The notes under the pieces: model-generated
What the model saw: only the letters and a program-made list of their open reading frames with translations
What the model was told of the DNA's origin: nothing
Database searches by the model: none
Shown: piece after piece, positions 1 through 9,854 of the stretch
Layout of the letters: every line of letters begins with the position of its first letter
How positions within the stretch are numbered: position 1 is the stretch's first letter
DNA from: Patescibacteria group bacterium
GTDB lineage: Bacteria > Patescibacteriota > Microgenomatia > Curtissbacterales > GWA2-41-24
Direction of reading: 5' to 3'
NCBI GenBank assembly: GCA_038063735.1
Contig: JBBTUN010000004.1
Location: forward strand, 12,111-76,110
DNA length: 64,000 bases
Translations under genes and position numbers: made by a program

Positions 1-253
1 ATCAGACCCCGCCGATATCTTGCGGGCAATTCGACTTTCTAAGGCAACCGTTACCAAGATGAAACAGAATCTTTTTTGGGCATCAATTTACAATCTTTTA
101 GCAATACCAATAGCAGCAGGAGTTCTTTATCCGAAATTTGGAATTTCTCTGCGCCCGGAATGGGCAGCACTTTTGATGAGTCTATCCTCGATAATTGTTG
201 CCACAAATGCCGTTTTGCTAAACAGGGCTGAAAAAAGTCTTATTGAAGTTTAA
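1..253 (+). CDS. heavy-metal (Cu) P1B-type ATPase, C-terminal fragment (runs off the window start)
   Basis: KMKQNLFWASIYNLLAIPIAAG and LLMSLSSIIVATNA match the last two TM helices of P1B ATPases. Confidence 0.9.
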   Translation, partial: SDPADILRAIRLSKATVTKMKQNLFWASIYNLLAIPIAAGVLYPKFGISLRPEWAALLMSLSSIIVATNAVLLNRAEKSLIEV

Positions 254-288
254 CAAAAGATTAAATATGAAAGGGGGTGAGATAAAAA

Positions 289-552
289 ATGTTAAAACCG
301 CAAGCGTTTGCAAATGCGTTTACGATAGTAGGTATAGGACTTTATATTGGCTGTAGGGTGCTAACCTTGATTGTGCCGGATTTACTCTTTGCCGTTGGCC
401 AGAGCTGGTTTCATACGTTTAATCTGGAGGCTGTCAGAGGCGCAGCTCCCATGGACATAGGCGCATTTTTATTGGGGGGAATTACCACTGGGGTTTTGGT
501 TTGGGTTACTGCTTATGCAGGAGCATCTTTGTATAACAAATTTGCAAAATAA
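289..552 (+). CDS. DUF5676-like small membrane protein
   Basis: 87 aa, two hydrophobic segments around PDLLFAVGQSWFH; strong SD (AAGGGGGTGA) upstream; copper-cluster context. Confidence 0.7.
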   Translation: MLKPQAFANAFTIVGIGLYIGCRVLTLIVPDLLFAVGQSWFHTFNLEAVRGAAPMDIGAFLLGGITTGVLVWVTAYAGASLYNKFAK

Positions 553-602
553 AGCCCTGAGATTGTAAGCCATAGTAATGACTTACAATTCCTAGACTTT
601 AT
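549..602 (-). terminator. long intergenic hairpin that pairs better on the minus strand, with a U-rich tail on minus
   Basis: arms 549-573 and 578-602; four C.A mismatches on plus become G.U pairs on minus. Confidence 0.5.
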
Positions 603-626
603 ATAAAATATAAGTTAAGAAATGTT

Positions 627-830
627 ATGAATAATCAAACAAAAATAATCTTAATCATCTCTCTTGCCGTTATTAGCTTTTATTTGTTTTTTGAACACAG
701 AGCGCACATTTTTGGCAACTCCCAATATCTTTTACTAGGCCTGTTTATTTTTATGCATGTTTTTATGCATAAAGGACACGGAGACCACGGTGGGCCTAGC
801 ATAAAGGGGAAAAGAGGACATCATGGATAA
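627..830 (+). CDS. DUF2933 family His-rich membrane protein
   Basis: FYLFFEHRAH...FMHVFMHKGHGDHGG; overlaps the ICMT gene, the usual pairing in copper loci. Confidence 0.8.
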   Translation: MNNQTKIILIISLAVISFYLFFEHRAHIFGNSQYLLLGLFIFMHVFMHKGHGDHGGPSIKGKRGHHG

Positions 831-1476
831 CGCACCGGCATATGGGCTGTGGCCTTTGGTAATTATAAATACAGCCATTTTTATCATTTTTGCCTTCAGC
901 TTCACAAAGCCAAAAACGCCCCGCGATTGGCGCTCTTTTGGCATGTTTTCAGCCTTCATCGTTGCCCTATTTACGGAAATGTATGGGTTCCCCCTGTCAA
1001 TTTATTTATTATCCGGCTGGTTAAGTTCCCAGTTTCCAGGTTTAAATTTATATTCACATAACGCAGGACATCTTCCGGAAACACTGCTCGGATGGAAAGG
1101 AGATCCACACTTAAGTCCTTTGCATATTCTAAGTTACATTTTTATAGGCGGAGGCTTTATTATGCTCTCATCAGCATGGGAGAAGTTATATAGAGCACAG
1201 AAAAAACATACTTTGGCAACTTCTGGAATATACGCTCGCTTGCGTCATCCTCAATATGTAGGGTTTGTTGCAATTATGTTCGGATTCCTGCTTCAATGGC
1301 CAACAATTATTACCATTGTTATGTTTCCTATTCTTGTTGTGATGTATGCAAAACTTGCAGGCACTGAGGAAAAAGAGATGATAAAGAAATTTGGTGACAA
1401 ATATAAGCAATATTCTAAGACTACACCTGCGCACATTCCGCATTTTAAAAGTTTTAAATTAACATTTAGCGGTTAA
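823..1476 (+). CDS. isoprenylcysteine carboxylmethyltransferase (ICMT/PEMT) family protein
   Basis: LATSGIYARLRHPQYVG, FTEMYGFPL and EEKEM..FG..Y..Y motifs. Confidence 0.9.
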   Translation: MDNAPAYGLWPLVIINTAIFIIFAFSFTKPKTPRDWRSFGMFSAFIVALFTEMYGFPLSIYLLSGWLSSQFPGLNLYSHNAGHLPETLLGWKGDPHLSPLHILSYIFIGGGFIMLSSAWEKLYRAQKKHTLATSGIYARLRHPQYVGFVAIMFGFLLQWPTIITIVMFPILVVMYAKLAGTEEKEMIKKFGDKYKQYSKTTPAHIPHFKSFKLTFSG

Positions 1477-1477
1477 A

Positions 1478-1972
1478 ATGGCAAAGCAAACGCATGGGAT
1501 TGAACCCATTAGAGGCAGCCCATTTATTTTAGGATTTAAAATAATCTTTCTACTCGCACTGTTCGAACTGGCATACCTCGTGATCTATTATTTTTTGAAT
1601 GTGCAGTTTGAAATACCGTATAGCGTGCATCATCATCTTTCAATTGGATTCTTGATTCTTGCTTCTGCCAAAATTTTTCTGGAGATGTACCTTATATTGC
1701 TATTGGTTCTCTCATGGGCCAACAACGTCTACTACCTTACCGATAAGCATATAATAAAAAGGACGGGGGTGTTGAGTTCGAAAGAAAAAGTTTACGATTT
1801 TGACCTCATCCGTTCCATTACCGTGCAACAATCCTTTTTTGGCAAACTGTTTAACTTTGGCACAATTATGCTTTCAACAAGTGCCTCGGGTGGTTATCAA
1901 GCCGAGATTACTCTTGACAACATCTCTGACCCTCAAAAATATGAACAAAGAATAAAGGAGTGTTGCTCATGA
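1478..1972 (+). CDS. membrane protein with bacterial PH (bPH_2) domain
   Basis: 2 TM then YYLTDKHII.RTGVLS...IRSITVQQSFFGKLFNFGTI. Confidence 0.8.
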   Translation: MAKQTHGIEPIRGSPFILGFKIIFLLALFELAYLVIYYFLNVQFEIPYSVHHHLSIGFLILASAKIFLEMYLILLLVLSWANNVYYLTDKHIIKRTGVLSSKEKVYDFDLIRSITVQQSFFGKLFNFGTIMLSTSASGGYQAEITLDNISDPQKYEQRIKECCS

Positions 1973-2009
1973 TAAGAACTTTAAACATTGTAATAATATT
2001 TGCCATAAT

Positions 2010-2256
2010 TTTGTAAACACTACTGCAACAGTGATAGCCGTATTGGTCGCATCTTGTGCCCAGTTGTCGTATGATACCCGATTTGCTTTTTGCTGTCGCC
2101 CAATCCTGGATGCATACCATAAATCTTGATTTAGTCAAAGCGACTTTCAGTCCAAATTTAGGGTCTGTAATTTTAGGCCTGGTAAGCGCAGTAGCTCTTG
2201 CTTGGGTGACAACCTATGGCACTATCGAGATCTACAACCGATTGGCTAAAAAATAA
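2010..2256 (+). pseudogene. second DUF5676-like paralogue, 5' part frameshifted
   Basis: IPDLLFAVAQSWMHTINL...YNRLAKK parallels 289-552; N-terminal-like FVNTTATVIAVLVASCAQLS (2010-2069) is in another frame with no start codon. Confidence 0.6.
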
Positions 2257-2275
2257 AATAGGCTTGCTTGTCTAA

Positions 2276-2494
2276 TCATTCCTGGGCCAAATATCCAGTC
2301 TTTCTAATTTGATCTAAAATTTTTGGCAAATCTACAATTTCTTCGTCGTATACTACGTCAGTCTCTTGCTTTGCAAAACTAGTCCTGGCCTCCTGTAAGC
2401 CATCTAAATCTTCTAAATCCATATCAATACTCATTGCACAAGAACTGCAATGCATTCCGGTTATCTTTAATTTTTTCGCAACTATTTTGCTCAT
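2276..2494 (-). CDS. copZ: CopZ-like copper chaperone (HMA domain)
   Basis: 72 aa, ITGMHCSSC and terminal KTGY. Confidence 0.85.
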   Translation of the reverse strand: MSKIVAKKLKITGMHCSSCAMSIDMDLEDLDGLQEARTSFAKQETDVVYDEEIVDLPKILDQIRKTGYLAQE

Positions 2495-3894
2495 ATAACC
2501 TCAATCACCCCCCGATACATGCCCATAGAACAGACAAAAGTTATCCTGCCTTCCTTTACCGGTGTAAATTTAACCGTCTGGACATCATTGGCTTTCAAAT
2601 TAAGGCTTATGCCCAAACTTGGAATCCTAAAAGCCGAAGCGCAACTATAGGCATCTTTGCTTTTGAGAGTCAGTATTACTTCCTGCCCCTTATTAACTTT
2701 TAGATAATTGGGAGTATAACCTCGGGACGTAACTTCAATCTCCGGATTTTGGGAAAGCAATTGACTACTTGAGGCAGTGTCACTACTATTCCCAAGCTTA
2801 ACCAATTTGGGAAAATTATCAGCCACTGCCTGTAATGTAACAGGGGAACCAAGTGCCGTAAGCGAGCCATTAATAGAAGTAACACCTAGATAAATGACCG
2901 CAACCGCAGCCAGCTTTAAAAACTTGGATTTAAATGTTTCCCCCATGACCGAAGTTATGGCTCCGATTCCAAAAAAAAGTGGCATTGTTCCAAGAATAAA
3001 AACGGCCATAATCGATGCCCCGACAAAAGCATTCGCGCTGCTTATAGCCAGTGCTTCCATTGCAATTGTTGTCCCACAGGGGATAAAGACTGTCATTCCG
3101 CCCAGTAGTGCAGGCGCAAATAAATCTTTGGATTTCGATTGATTCCTGACCATTCTGGTTAAAAATCTGGGTGGTTGAATAATTGCGTACCTAAAAATTG
3201 GGTGAATGTTCAATAAGTTAAACGCAACAGCCACCATATACAGACCTGCTACCAGCTGCATTATTGTTTGTACCCTACCGCTGATATTTAACGCTCCTCC
3301 AAATGCCCCCAAAATAAATCCTAAAAGTACATAAGCTATATACTTAGTGACTAAAAAAACGCCTGTTGCATACATTGCGTGTTTTGCAGTTCCACGTCCT
3401 AGCGCACTTTCTTCTTCCCTGGCCGCAATAACAGAAGTCAACAGACCTCCTTGAACAGCAAGGCATGTTAATCCACCAACTGTTAATCCCGTAATAAAAA
3501 TTATCCAAAGATTGACACTTTCTGTATTTTGAATCTGAGAGGCAAAGTCAAACCTTTTAAAAACTAAATAGACTCCAGCAATAAGAAGAAAAATCGGCAA
3601 GATTTTTAAAAAATCTTTTGTTGAAGTTTGGGCTCTTGATGTTTTTGGCCTTTTTTTCTCTCTATCTCCCCATAGCACAACCTTAAAATTATATTCAGCC
3701 AATACTTCTTGCAGGTAAGATATTGTTGGCTCTTGTGAACAATAAATTTCGGCTTTACCTTCCTCATAATGGGCATAAGCTTTTTCAATACCGGCAATTT
3801 GTCTAAATTTTTGCAGTATTAAAACCTCGCAACTTGTGCAAGTCATACCATAGATTTTAAGTTCTATTTTTTTCAAACCTTGATCGTCACTCAT
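2491..3894 (-). CDS. HMA + DsbD_2/TauE-like membrane domain + cupredoxin fusion protein
   Basis: GMTCTSC; GGLTCLAVQGG and FIPCG TM motifs; C-terminal FVCSMGMYRGVIEV. Confidence 0.85.
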   Translation of the reverse strand: MSDDQGLKKIELKIYGMTCTSCEVLILQKFRQIAGIEKAYAHYEEGKAEIYCSQEPTISYLQEVLAEYNFKVVLWGDREKKRPKTSRAQTSTKDFLKILPIFLLIAGVYLVFKRFDFASQIQNTESVNLWIIFITGLTVGGLTCLAVQGGLLTSVIAAREEESALGRGTAKHAMYATGVFLVTKYIAYVLLGFILGAFGGALNISGRVQTIMQLVAGLYMVAVAFNLLNIHPIFRYAIIQPPRFLTRMVRNQSKSKDLFAPALLGGMTVFIPCGTTIAMEALAISSANAFVGASIMAVFILGTMPLFFGIGAITSVMGETFKSKFLKLAAVAVIYLGVTSINGSLTALGSPVTLQAVADNFPKLVKLGNSSDTASSSQLLSQNPEIEVTSRGYTPNYLKVNKGQEVILTLKSKDAYSCASAFRIPSLGISLNLKANDVQTVKFTPVKEGRITFVCSMGMYRGVIEVI

Positions 3895-3898
3895 CAGA

Positions 3899-4138
3899 TT
3901 AGACCTTTTTTTCTATCGTCTCCTTTTTATGTTTGTGCTCACACTCAGAGCAAGAACTCTCTTTTTTGTCACTCATTCCTTTCATATAAAAAAGCATCAC
4001 CAAAGGACATATTGCAAATAAAGCAAATGGCGCAAGACCGATAATAACCGCTCGAAGTGACGGGAAGAAAACAAAACCCAAAACAAATGGAACAGCAATT
4101 ACCGCACCAAATTTTATCATTGTTTTAAGATCACACAT
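3899..4138 (-). CDS. DUF2933-like small membrane protein (CPLxM type)
   Basis: AICPLVMLFYMKGM; start moved to ATG 4138, which follows a GGAGGTG SD. Confidence 0.6.
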   Translation of the reverse strand: MCDLKTMIKFGAVIAVPFVLGFVFFPSLRAVIIGLAPFALFAICPLVMLFYMKGMSDKKESSCSECEHKHKKETIEKKV

Positions 4139-4168
4139 AAAAGCACCTCCTCTCCGAACAACCATACA

Positions 4169-5047
4169 TCAACGTCCACCCTTTCCGTCCTTTATACCTA
4201 AATATATAAAATAAATGAAAATACAAAGTAACAAAAAAGCAAACAAAGTTTCACTATAAGGGATATTTTTAATGGGCATCGTAACGGTGTCAACCCAGGC
4301 CTTAAGCTCTATAGCAAAGTTAACAGCCGCCTCATTCATTTGGAGTCGGTCTGTAAGGGCCAAAACAAGAAAGACAATTCCTGTCATTGTAAAAATCAAA
4401 AAAGAAATAAAATTTGAAAGGGGAGTTTGATAACTTCCTAATTTTAGAGTTTTTGTCCGCAGGCTCATCATTCTTTTTTGTATTCCTTTTTCAAATAAAA
4501 GCGATAATAAAAAAAGCGGGAAAACTATGCCAAAAGTATATGCAAGGCCCACACCTGCCGCCATAACCATAGTCGGGGATAGGGCAGCCAGAGACAGGGC
4601 ACCAAAAAGAACTGGCGCACAACAAGTACTAGAAATACCGGAAACAACCCCCAATAAATAAGTTGTGCCAACGTTCGTTACTTTAGGCGCCTGGATTTTT
4701 GAAATAAATGGAAGCTCAACGGTTTTATTAAAAAATGACATTATACCAATGGCAATCATAAACATACTGCCACCCGCAAAAACAAAGATGTGATAATCGT
4801 TAAAAAAAGAAGCCAGAAAACGGGCACCAAGAACAAGCGGAAGCATAATTGTTGCAACCCCAGTGGCAAATACCAAAGTCATAAGCATAACTTTTGATTT
4901 GGATTTGAAGACCGTACCCAAATATGCCGGTAACATCAAAGTTATACAGCATGGCGCAAAAAGCATTACCATCCCTCCGAAAAAAGCAACAATCAGCGAT
5001 GCGCTTGTAAATAAAGAAGTAAATGTTAAATTTGCAATTGGCATCAT
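4169..5047 (-). CDS. ccdA: CcdA/DsbD-type thiol-disulfide transporter
   Basis: FAPCCITLMLPAYL and STCCAPVL Cys-Pro motifs; multi-TM. Confidence 0.8.
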   Translation of the reverse strand: MMPIANLTFTSLFTSASLIVAFFGGMVMLFAPCCITLMLPAYLGTVFKSKSKVMLMTLVFATGVATIMLPLVLGARFLASFFNDYHIFVFAGGSMFMIAIGIMSFFNKTVELPFISKIQAPKVTNVGTTYLLGVVSGISSTCCAPVLFGALSLAALSPTMVMAAGVGLAYTFGIVFPLFLLSLLFEKGIQKRMMSLRTKTLKLGSYQTPLSNFISFLIFTMTGIVFLVLALTDRLQMNEAAVNFAIELKAWVDTVTMPIKNIPYSETLFAFLLLCIFIYFIYLGIKDGKGGR

Positions 5048-5661
5048 GGTTTATCAAGATATTTTTTTACTTCGTCAACGATTTCATTTGATTTAACAAA
5101 CATAGTTCCTCCGGTAACCATATGTCCCAGACCCGGCCAATAATCCTTTCGCCATATTATCTGGCCATTTAAGTCAACCAGTACAAATGTGTGGCCTGCT
5201 CTCCTACCCATATCCATTGAATAATTTGTAAGGTCATAATCCACCTCTGTCTTGGCCAAGTTATAAGAAAGGATAGGTTTTTTTATACCAAAACGAGCTT
5301 TTGCCTCTTTCGACTGGTCAACAGGGTCAAAAGTCACATAAAGAACCTCAACATTCATTTTTTCAAATTCTTCAGTTACTTTTTCCAACTCAGGCATTTG
5401 TTGCATACAGGGATCACAAGATAAACCTTCATGAAAAAAGATTAAAACATTCCTTGTACCTCTAAATGACGAAAGCGTAACAGTTTGGTTTTCTGTCGAT
5501 GGCAACGCAAAATCTGGAGCGGGATTCCCGGCTGTAGCTTTTTTGTTTGAAGCGGAGGATCCAGTGGATGTTTTTGAAAATAACAAAACCCCCAAAACAA
5601 CAATCGCAACAGTTGCCACTATCATTATTACTACTGGGTTAAAGAAAATTTTTCTATTCAT
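5044..5661 (-). CDS. membrane-anchored AhpC/TSA-redoxin (TlpA-like) protein
   Basis: N-terminal TM; GNPAPDFAL...VTLSSFRG; CDPC active site. Confidence 0.8.
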   Translation of the reverse strand: MNRKIFFNPVVIMIVATVAIVVLGVLLFSKTSTGSSASNKKATAGNPAPDFALPSTENQTVTLSSFRGTRNVLIFFHEGLSCDPCMQQMPELEKVTEEFEKMNVEVLYVTFDPVDQSKEAKARFGIKKPILSYNLAKTEVDYDLTNYSMDMGRRAGHTFVLVDLNGQIIWRKDYWPGLGHMVTGGTMFVKSNEIVDEVKKYLDKP

Positions 5662-5743
5662 TTTTTAAGTTTTTTTCATCAATTTCATAAAATTCTGTAA
5701 ACTAAAAGGTTTACTCAACAAGCGGGAAATGGGTTATTGGTAT

Positions 5744-6145
5744 TTAGGCGTAAATTTCAGGGTGAACCAAGCCTTTTGATAAGGCCCGCAGAAGATAATT
5801 AAAAATATTTAACCTATGGTTTTCGACTTCGTATTTTTTAAGAAATCGCAAAGGGGGATCGGTCCCCATATGCTTTATATAAGAAACTAATAGTAAAACC
5901 GATAAGAAACTAATAACAAAAATAAAATTAGAATTAATGCTAGCTATAAATGTTTCTTGCCACACTAAAAGATGTTCGCCTACACTCATTTGACATGTAG
6001 TTGAGCCTGTAGCCATAAAGAGGCAACTGGACATTTTCTCATTATGCTCGTCTCCCGTATTGTGATTTAACGACAAAAAAGAAGAAAATGACAAACCGAA
6101 AATAGCAAAAATTATAAAAAATTTGAGTATTTTCTTAAAATTCAT
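5744..6145 (-). CDS. hypothetical membrane protein with His/Cys/Met-rich loop
   Basis: 2 hydrophobic segments flanking HNTGDEHNEKMSSCLFM...CQM; SD upstream. Confidence 0.6.
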   Translation of the reverse strand: MNFKKILKFFIIFAIFGLSFSSFLSLNHNTGDEHNEKMSSCLFMATGSTTCQMSVGEHLLVWQETFIASINSNFIFVISFLSVLLLVSYIKHMGTDPPLRFLKKYEVENHRLNIFNYLLRALSKGLVHPEIYA

Positions 6146-6158
6146 TTTTCACACTCCC

Positions 6159-6189
6159 ATTTTAAAGGTTTGTCAAAAACATTGTCAAA
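6159..6189 (-). promoter_or_regulatory. internal sigma70 promoter with duplicated TTTGACAA
   Basis: TTGACA (6188-6183)-18 nt-TAAAAT (6164-6159); TTGTCAAA repeated at 6170 and 6182. Confidence 0.5.
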
Positions 6190-6225
6190 TTCAGTATGAT
6201 CGTTTTTTTAAATTCATAAACTTGA

Positions 6226-8454
6226 TTATAATCTGTACCTTTTTAATAAAAGTGAGTTTGAAACAACTGAAATTGAACTGCTTGCCATAGCAACGGATGC
6301 AAAAATTGGATTTAAGAGTATATGAAAAAACGGATAAAGAGCGCCCATGGCAACAGGAATCAAGAGAATATTGTATCCAAAGGCCCAGAATAAATTCATT
6401 TTGATAGTTCTCATGGTTTTCCTGGAAAGTTCTATGGCAGACGCAACGGTTCTTAAGTCGCGATTTACAAGGGTAATATCTGCAGCTTCAATCGCAACAT
6501 CCGTTCCGCTCCCCATAGCAATCCCTACGTTCGCTTGAGCCAGTGCCGGAGCATCATTGATACCATCCCCAACCATTGCAACTACTTTTCCTTCTGCTTG
6601 AATTTTTCTAACTTCGGCTTCCTTTTGGTCCGGTAACACCTCGGCAAGCACCCTATCAATTCCAAGTTTTTTAGCGATAGCCTCTGCAGTCCGTTTATTG
6701 TCACCAGTAATCATCACGACCTCGATCCCTTTTCGCCTTAGCGCTTCGACACCTGCTTTCGCACTTTCTTTTACTGTATCGGCAACAGCTATCAAACCAA
6801 CCAAATTTTTATCAACCGAAAGCAACATCACTGTTTTACCTTCAGTTTCTAATTTTTCAATTTGGGCAATGTGCGACCGGAAATCTACTTTTTCTCTCTC
6901 CATCAACTTTCTGTTTCCAAAAAAAAGTTGCTTTCCGGATGCAATCCCTTCCACCCCAAAACCGGATACCGCTTTAAATTTACCAGTTTTTTCAAGTTTG
7001 ATTTTTTTATTCTCAGCACTTTTAACAATTGCTTCAGCCAGCGAATGCTCTGACCCTTTTTCCAGAGATGCTGCTAATTTCAAAATCTCATTTACGGAAT
7101 GTTTGCCAATTGGGACAATATCTGTGACCTCTGGCTTGCCACGCGTCAAAGTTCCGGTTTTATCAAAAATAATCGTGTTGACTTTATGAGCAATTTCCAG
7201 ACTCTCTGCGTCTTTTATTAAAATTCCCTGCTCGGCACCCTTTCCCGTTCCCACCATAATGGCCGTCGGTGTCGCCAGTCCCATTGCGCAAGGGCAGGCA
7301 ATAATGAGAACCGCCACCATGTTAAGCATGGCAAATGCTAAACTTGGAGCCGGACCCACCACATACCAAACGGCAAAGGTAGCGATTGCAAGCATAATAA
7401 CAACTGGCACGAAATACGAAGAAATCAAGTCTACGATTCGCTGAATGGGAGCTTTACTGCCCTGGGCGTCCTGAACCAATTTTATGATCTGGGCAAGCAT
7501 TGTATCCGAACCAACCTTAGTTGCTTTGTAAGTAAATGTACCTGTTTTATTAAGAGTTGCTCCGACGACCGTGTCACCTTTTATTTTATCAACGGGGAGA
7601 CTTTCACCAGTTATCATTGATTCATCTATTGATGATTCTCCATCTTGTAGAATTCCATCAACGGGAATTTTTTCTCCAGGCCTGACCCTGATTATAGAAC
7701 CAATAACCACCTGCTCAATTGGAACATCAATTTCTTTACCGTTTACCAAAACCCTAGCTGTCTTGGCCTGCATTCCTATCAATTTTTTAATTGCTTCTGA
7801 CGTTTGCCCTTTGGCTCTTGCTTCAAAATAACGGCCGAGCAATATAAGCCCAATCACAATAGTCGCCACATCAAAGTACGGCATAGCCTCAATACCTAAA
7901 TTCATTACGATACTGGGAAATACCGTCACAAAAACTGAATATAAAAAAGCAACAGTTGTACCAATTGCCACCAAGGTATCCATATTTGCTGTCCTATGTT
8001 TTAGTGCAGGAATTGTTGCCCTGTAAAATATCCAACCTGCCCAAAACTGAACAGGAGTAGCAAGTAAAAGTTGGATCCAAAAGTTTTTCAGAAGGACAGG
8101 AGCGGTAGTTGAAAGAACGGGGAAACTTCCCCATAAAATTAATGCTCCTAAAAACAAACTTACAGCAACTTTATTTCTCAAGACCTTAAGTTCTTTTGCT
8201 TTTTGTTCTTTTTCCAGATCAGGGGAGATAACATCATCTTTAGTGATTATTTTGTAACCGACATTAGATACAGCAGATTCAAGTTGATCCTCTGTGCAAA
8301 TATCTGGGTCAAACATGACCGTTGCTTTTTCAGTCGCCAGGTTAACATTTGCAACTTTGACACCGGGAGTCCTGGTAAGAGATTTTTCAATGACACCCAC
8401 ACAAGACGCACAGTGCATTCCGACAACTGAATAAGTTTTCTTGATTTCTACCAT
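6226..8454 (-). CDS. copA: Cu(I)-translocating P1B-1 ATPase
   Basis: GMHCASC, TGES, CPC, DKTGT, GDGIND, YN and MASSS motifs. Confidence 0.95.
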   Translation of the reverse strand: MVEIKKTYSVVGMHCASCVGVIEKSLTRTPGVKVANVNLATEKATVMFDPDICTEDQLESAVSNVGYKIITKDDVISPDLEKEQKAKELKVLRNKVAVSLFLGALILWGSFPVLSTTAPVLLKNFWIQLLLATPVQFWAGWIFYRATIPALKHRTANMDTLVAIGTTVAFLYSVFVTVFPSIVMNLGIEAMPYFDVATIVIGLILLGRYFEARAKGQTSEAIKKLIGMQAKTARVLVNGKEIDVPIEQVVIGSIIRVRPGEKIPVDGILQDGESSIDESMITGESLPVDKIKGDTVVGATLNKTGTFTYKATKVGSDTMLAQIIKLVQDAQGSKAPIQRIVDLISSYFVPVVIMLAIATFAVWYVVGPAPSLAFAMLNMVAVLIIACPCAMGLATPTAIMVGTGKGAEQGILIKDAESLEIAHKVNTIIFDKTGTLTRGKPEVTDIVPIGKHSVNEILKLAASLEKGSEHSLAEAIVKSAENKKIKLEKTGKFKAVSGFGVEGIASGKQLFFGNRKLMEREKVDFRSHIAQIEKLETEGKTVMLLSVDKNLVGLIAVADTVKESAKAGVEALRRKGIEVVMITGDNKRTAEAIAKKLGIDRVLAEVLPDQKEAEVRKIQAEGKVVAMVGDGINDAPALAQANVGIAMGSGTDVAIEAADITLVNRDLRTVASAIELSRKTMRTIKMNLFWAFGYNILLIPVAMGALYPFFHILLNPIFASVAMASSSISVVSNSLLLKRYRL

Positions 8455-8455
8455 A

Positions 8456-8818
8456 TTATTTCACCAGTATCTTTCCATGGAACATATTCATGCCACAGAC
8501 GATTTCATATTCCCCCGCTTTTTTGGGCGAAATAGAAATGTTCACTTTCTTATTCAAAGGAAGAAATTTGCGTATTTTAAAATCTGGAAGCACTACCTCT
8601 TCAAGGCAACTACTGGGGTCACGGCGCAAAAAAGTAAGGGTGGTTGTGCTGCCCAGAGCAATTGATATAGTTTCAGGTTGGTAACCACCATCAACAATAA
8701 TATTTATAGATTTGCCCGCAGCAACAACGTCTTTAGAATTTTTCATTAAAAAGAACCAGTAGACGAATCCGGTACTCATTAAGCTAAAAAGTATTACTAA
8801 AATTTTGTCAATTGCCAT
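8456..8818 (-). CDS. membrane-anchored cupredoxin-domain protein (CupA-like)
   Basis: N-terminal [27 protein letters not shown]; ATG 8818 follows GGGGTGA. Confidence 0.85.
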   Translation of the reverse strand: MAIDKILVILFSLMSTGFVYWFFLMKNSKDVVAAGKSINIIVDGGYQPETISIALGSTTTLTFLRRDPSSCLEEVVLPDFKIRKFLPLNKKVNISISPKKAGEYEIVCGMNMFHGKILVK

Positions 8819-8838
8819 TAAATCACCCCTGTAACAGG

Positions 8839-9111
8839 TCAAGACATTTTTTTGAACACCTGCATTACTTCAGAAATAGCTTCATTTTTTTCACCGCGTG
8901 AAATTGCATCTGCAGCACAAGTTTTTAAATGGTTTTCCAGCATCAAATTATCAGTCTCTTTTAGGGCTTTTTGAACGGCGTGAGATTGGTGAAGTATATC
9001 TATACAATATTCATCACACTCAACCATTTTTACCACTTTTTTTAAGTGGCCTTGAGCGATCTTTAATCTATGAAGAATTCTTTCCTGAGTGTCTTTTGGT
9101 CTGTACGCCAC
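8839..9111 (-). CDS. csoR: CsoR/RcnR family copper-sensing repressor
   Basis: RLKIAQGHL, YCIDILHQ and ENHLKTC (Cys-His-Cys ligands). Confidence 0.93.
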   Translation of the reverse strand: MAYRPKDTQERILHRLKIAQGHLKKVVKMVECDEYCIDILHQSHAVQKALKETDNLMLENHLKTCAADAISRGEKNEAISEVMQVFKKMS

Positions 9112-9113
9112 GA

Positions 9114-9159
9114 ATCCCCCTATAGGGGATATACTACAGCCTGGATCAAATTAAATCAA
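9114..9159 (-). promoter_or_regulatory. csoR-copA promoter with CsoR-type operator
   Basis: TTGATT (9159-9154)-17 nt-TAGTAT (9136-9131), then perfect palindrome CCCCTATAGGGG (9117-9128) with the C/G tracts typical of CsoR operators. Confidence 0.8.
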
Positions 9160-9221
9160 GTCAGGATGTGATTTTTACTCTGCTAATAAAAAAAGTTATA
9201 CAATTAAAATAATATTTTATA

Positions 9222-9854
9222 ATGAAAATTTCTCAATATCTACTAATAATATTTTTGCCAATTACGATAATTTTGTGCAATTTATTGCCTCTTGTATATA
9301 GCAATAGCTTCTACACAACTATATATAAAAAAGAAAATATTTATCAAAACTTCCGATCAACAATAGAAGTAGATAACGCCACAAAAGAATTAGTTAGTTA
9401 CTTTAGAGGACAAAATAACCTCGATGGCAATTTTTACTCAACACAGTCCATTTTGCACTTAACAGACGTTAAAAATATATTTGATGCTCTAATAATTATT
9501 AATGCCCTATCAATATTATCGGCTTTTGCAGCCTTTTTGTACCTTAATCTAAAAAAGAAAAGATCTGTGATTAGAAAATCCCTTATACTCGGATGTATAG
9601 TTGCGACGTGCTTTGTGCTTATTGCATTTATTTTGTCTTTGCTAAATTTTGACGCATTCTTTGTGTACTTTCACAAAGTCCTTTTTAGAAATGATCTTTG
9701 GTTATTCAACCAAAACGACAATCTAATTAAACTTTTTCCGATTGAATTTTTTATCGCTTTTACCAAACAACTAACTATCAACATATTAATTTCGGTTTTA
9801 CTTATACTATCAGTAGCTCATTTGCTACCGAAACATGATTCAACCACAATTTAA
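9222..9854 (+). CDS. DUF1461/TIGR01906 family membrane protein (Lit-like)
   Basis: HLTDVKNIF, FFVYFHKVLFRNDLWLF and LIKLFPIEFF; overlaps lgt. Confidence 0.8.
   Translation: MKISQYLLIIFLPITIILCNLLPLVYSNSFYTTIYKKENIYQNFRSTIEVDNATKELVSYFRGQNNLDGNFYSTQSILHLTDVKNIFDALIIINALSILSAFAAFLYLNLKKKRSVIRKSLILGCIVATCFVLIAFILSLLNFDAFFVYFHKVLFRNDLWLFNQNDNLIKLFPIEFFIAFTKQLTINILISVLLILSVAHLLPKHDSTTI

Noticed and set aside
6347-8430. Several plus-strand ORFs inside copA, and similar shadow ORFs in lon, hppA, secA and ftsEX
   Set aside because: Antisense or off-frame shadows of well-supported genes
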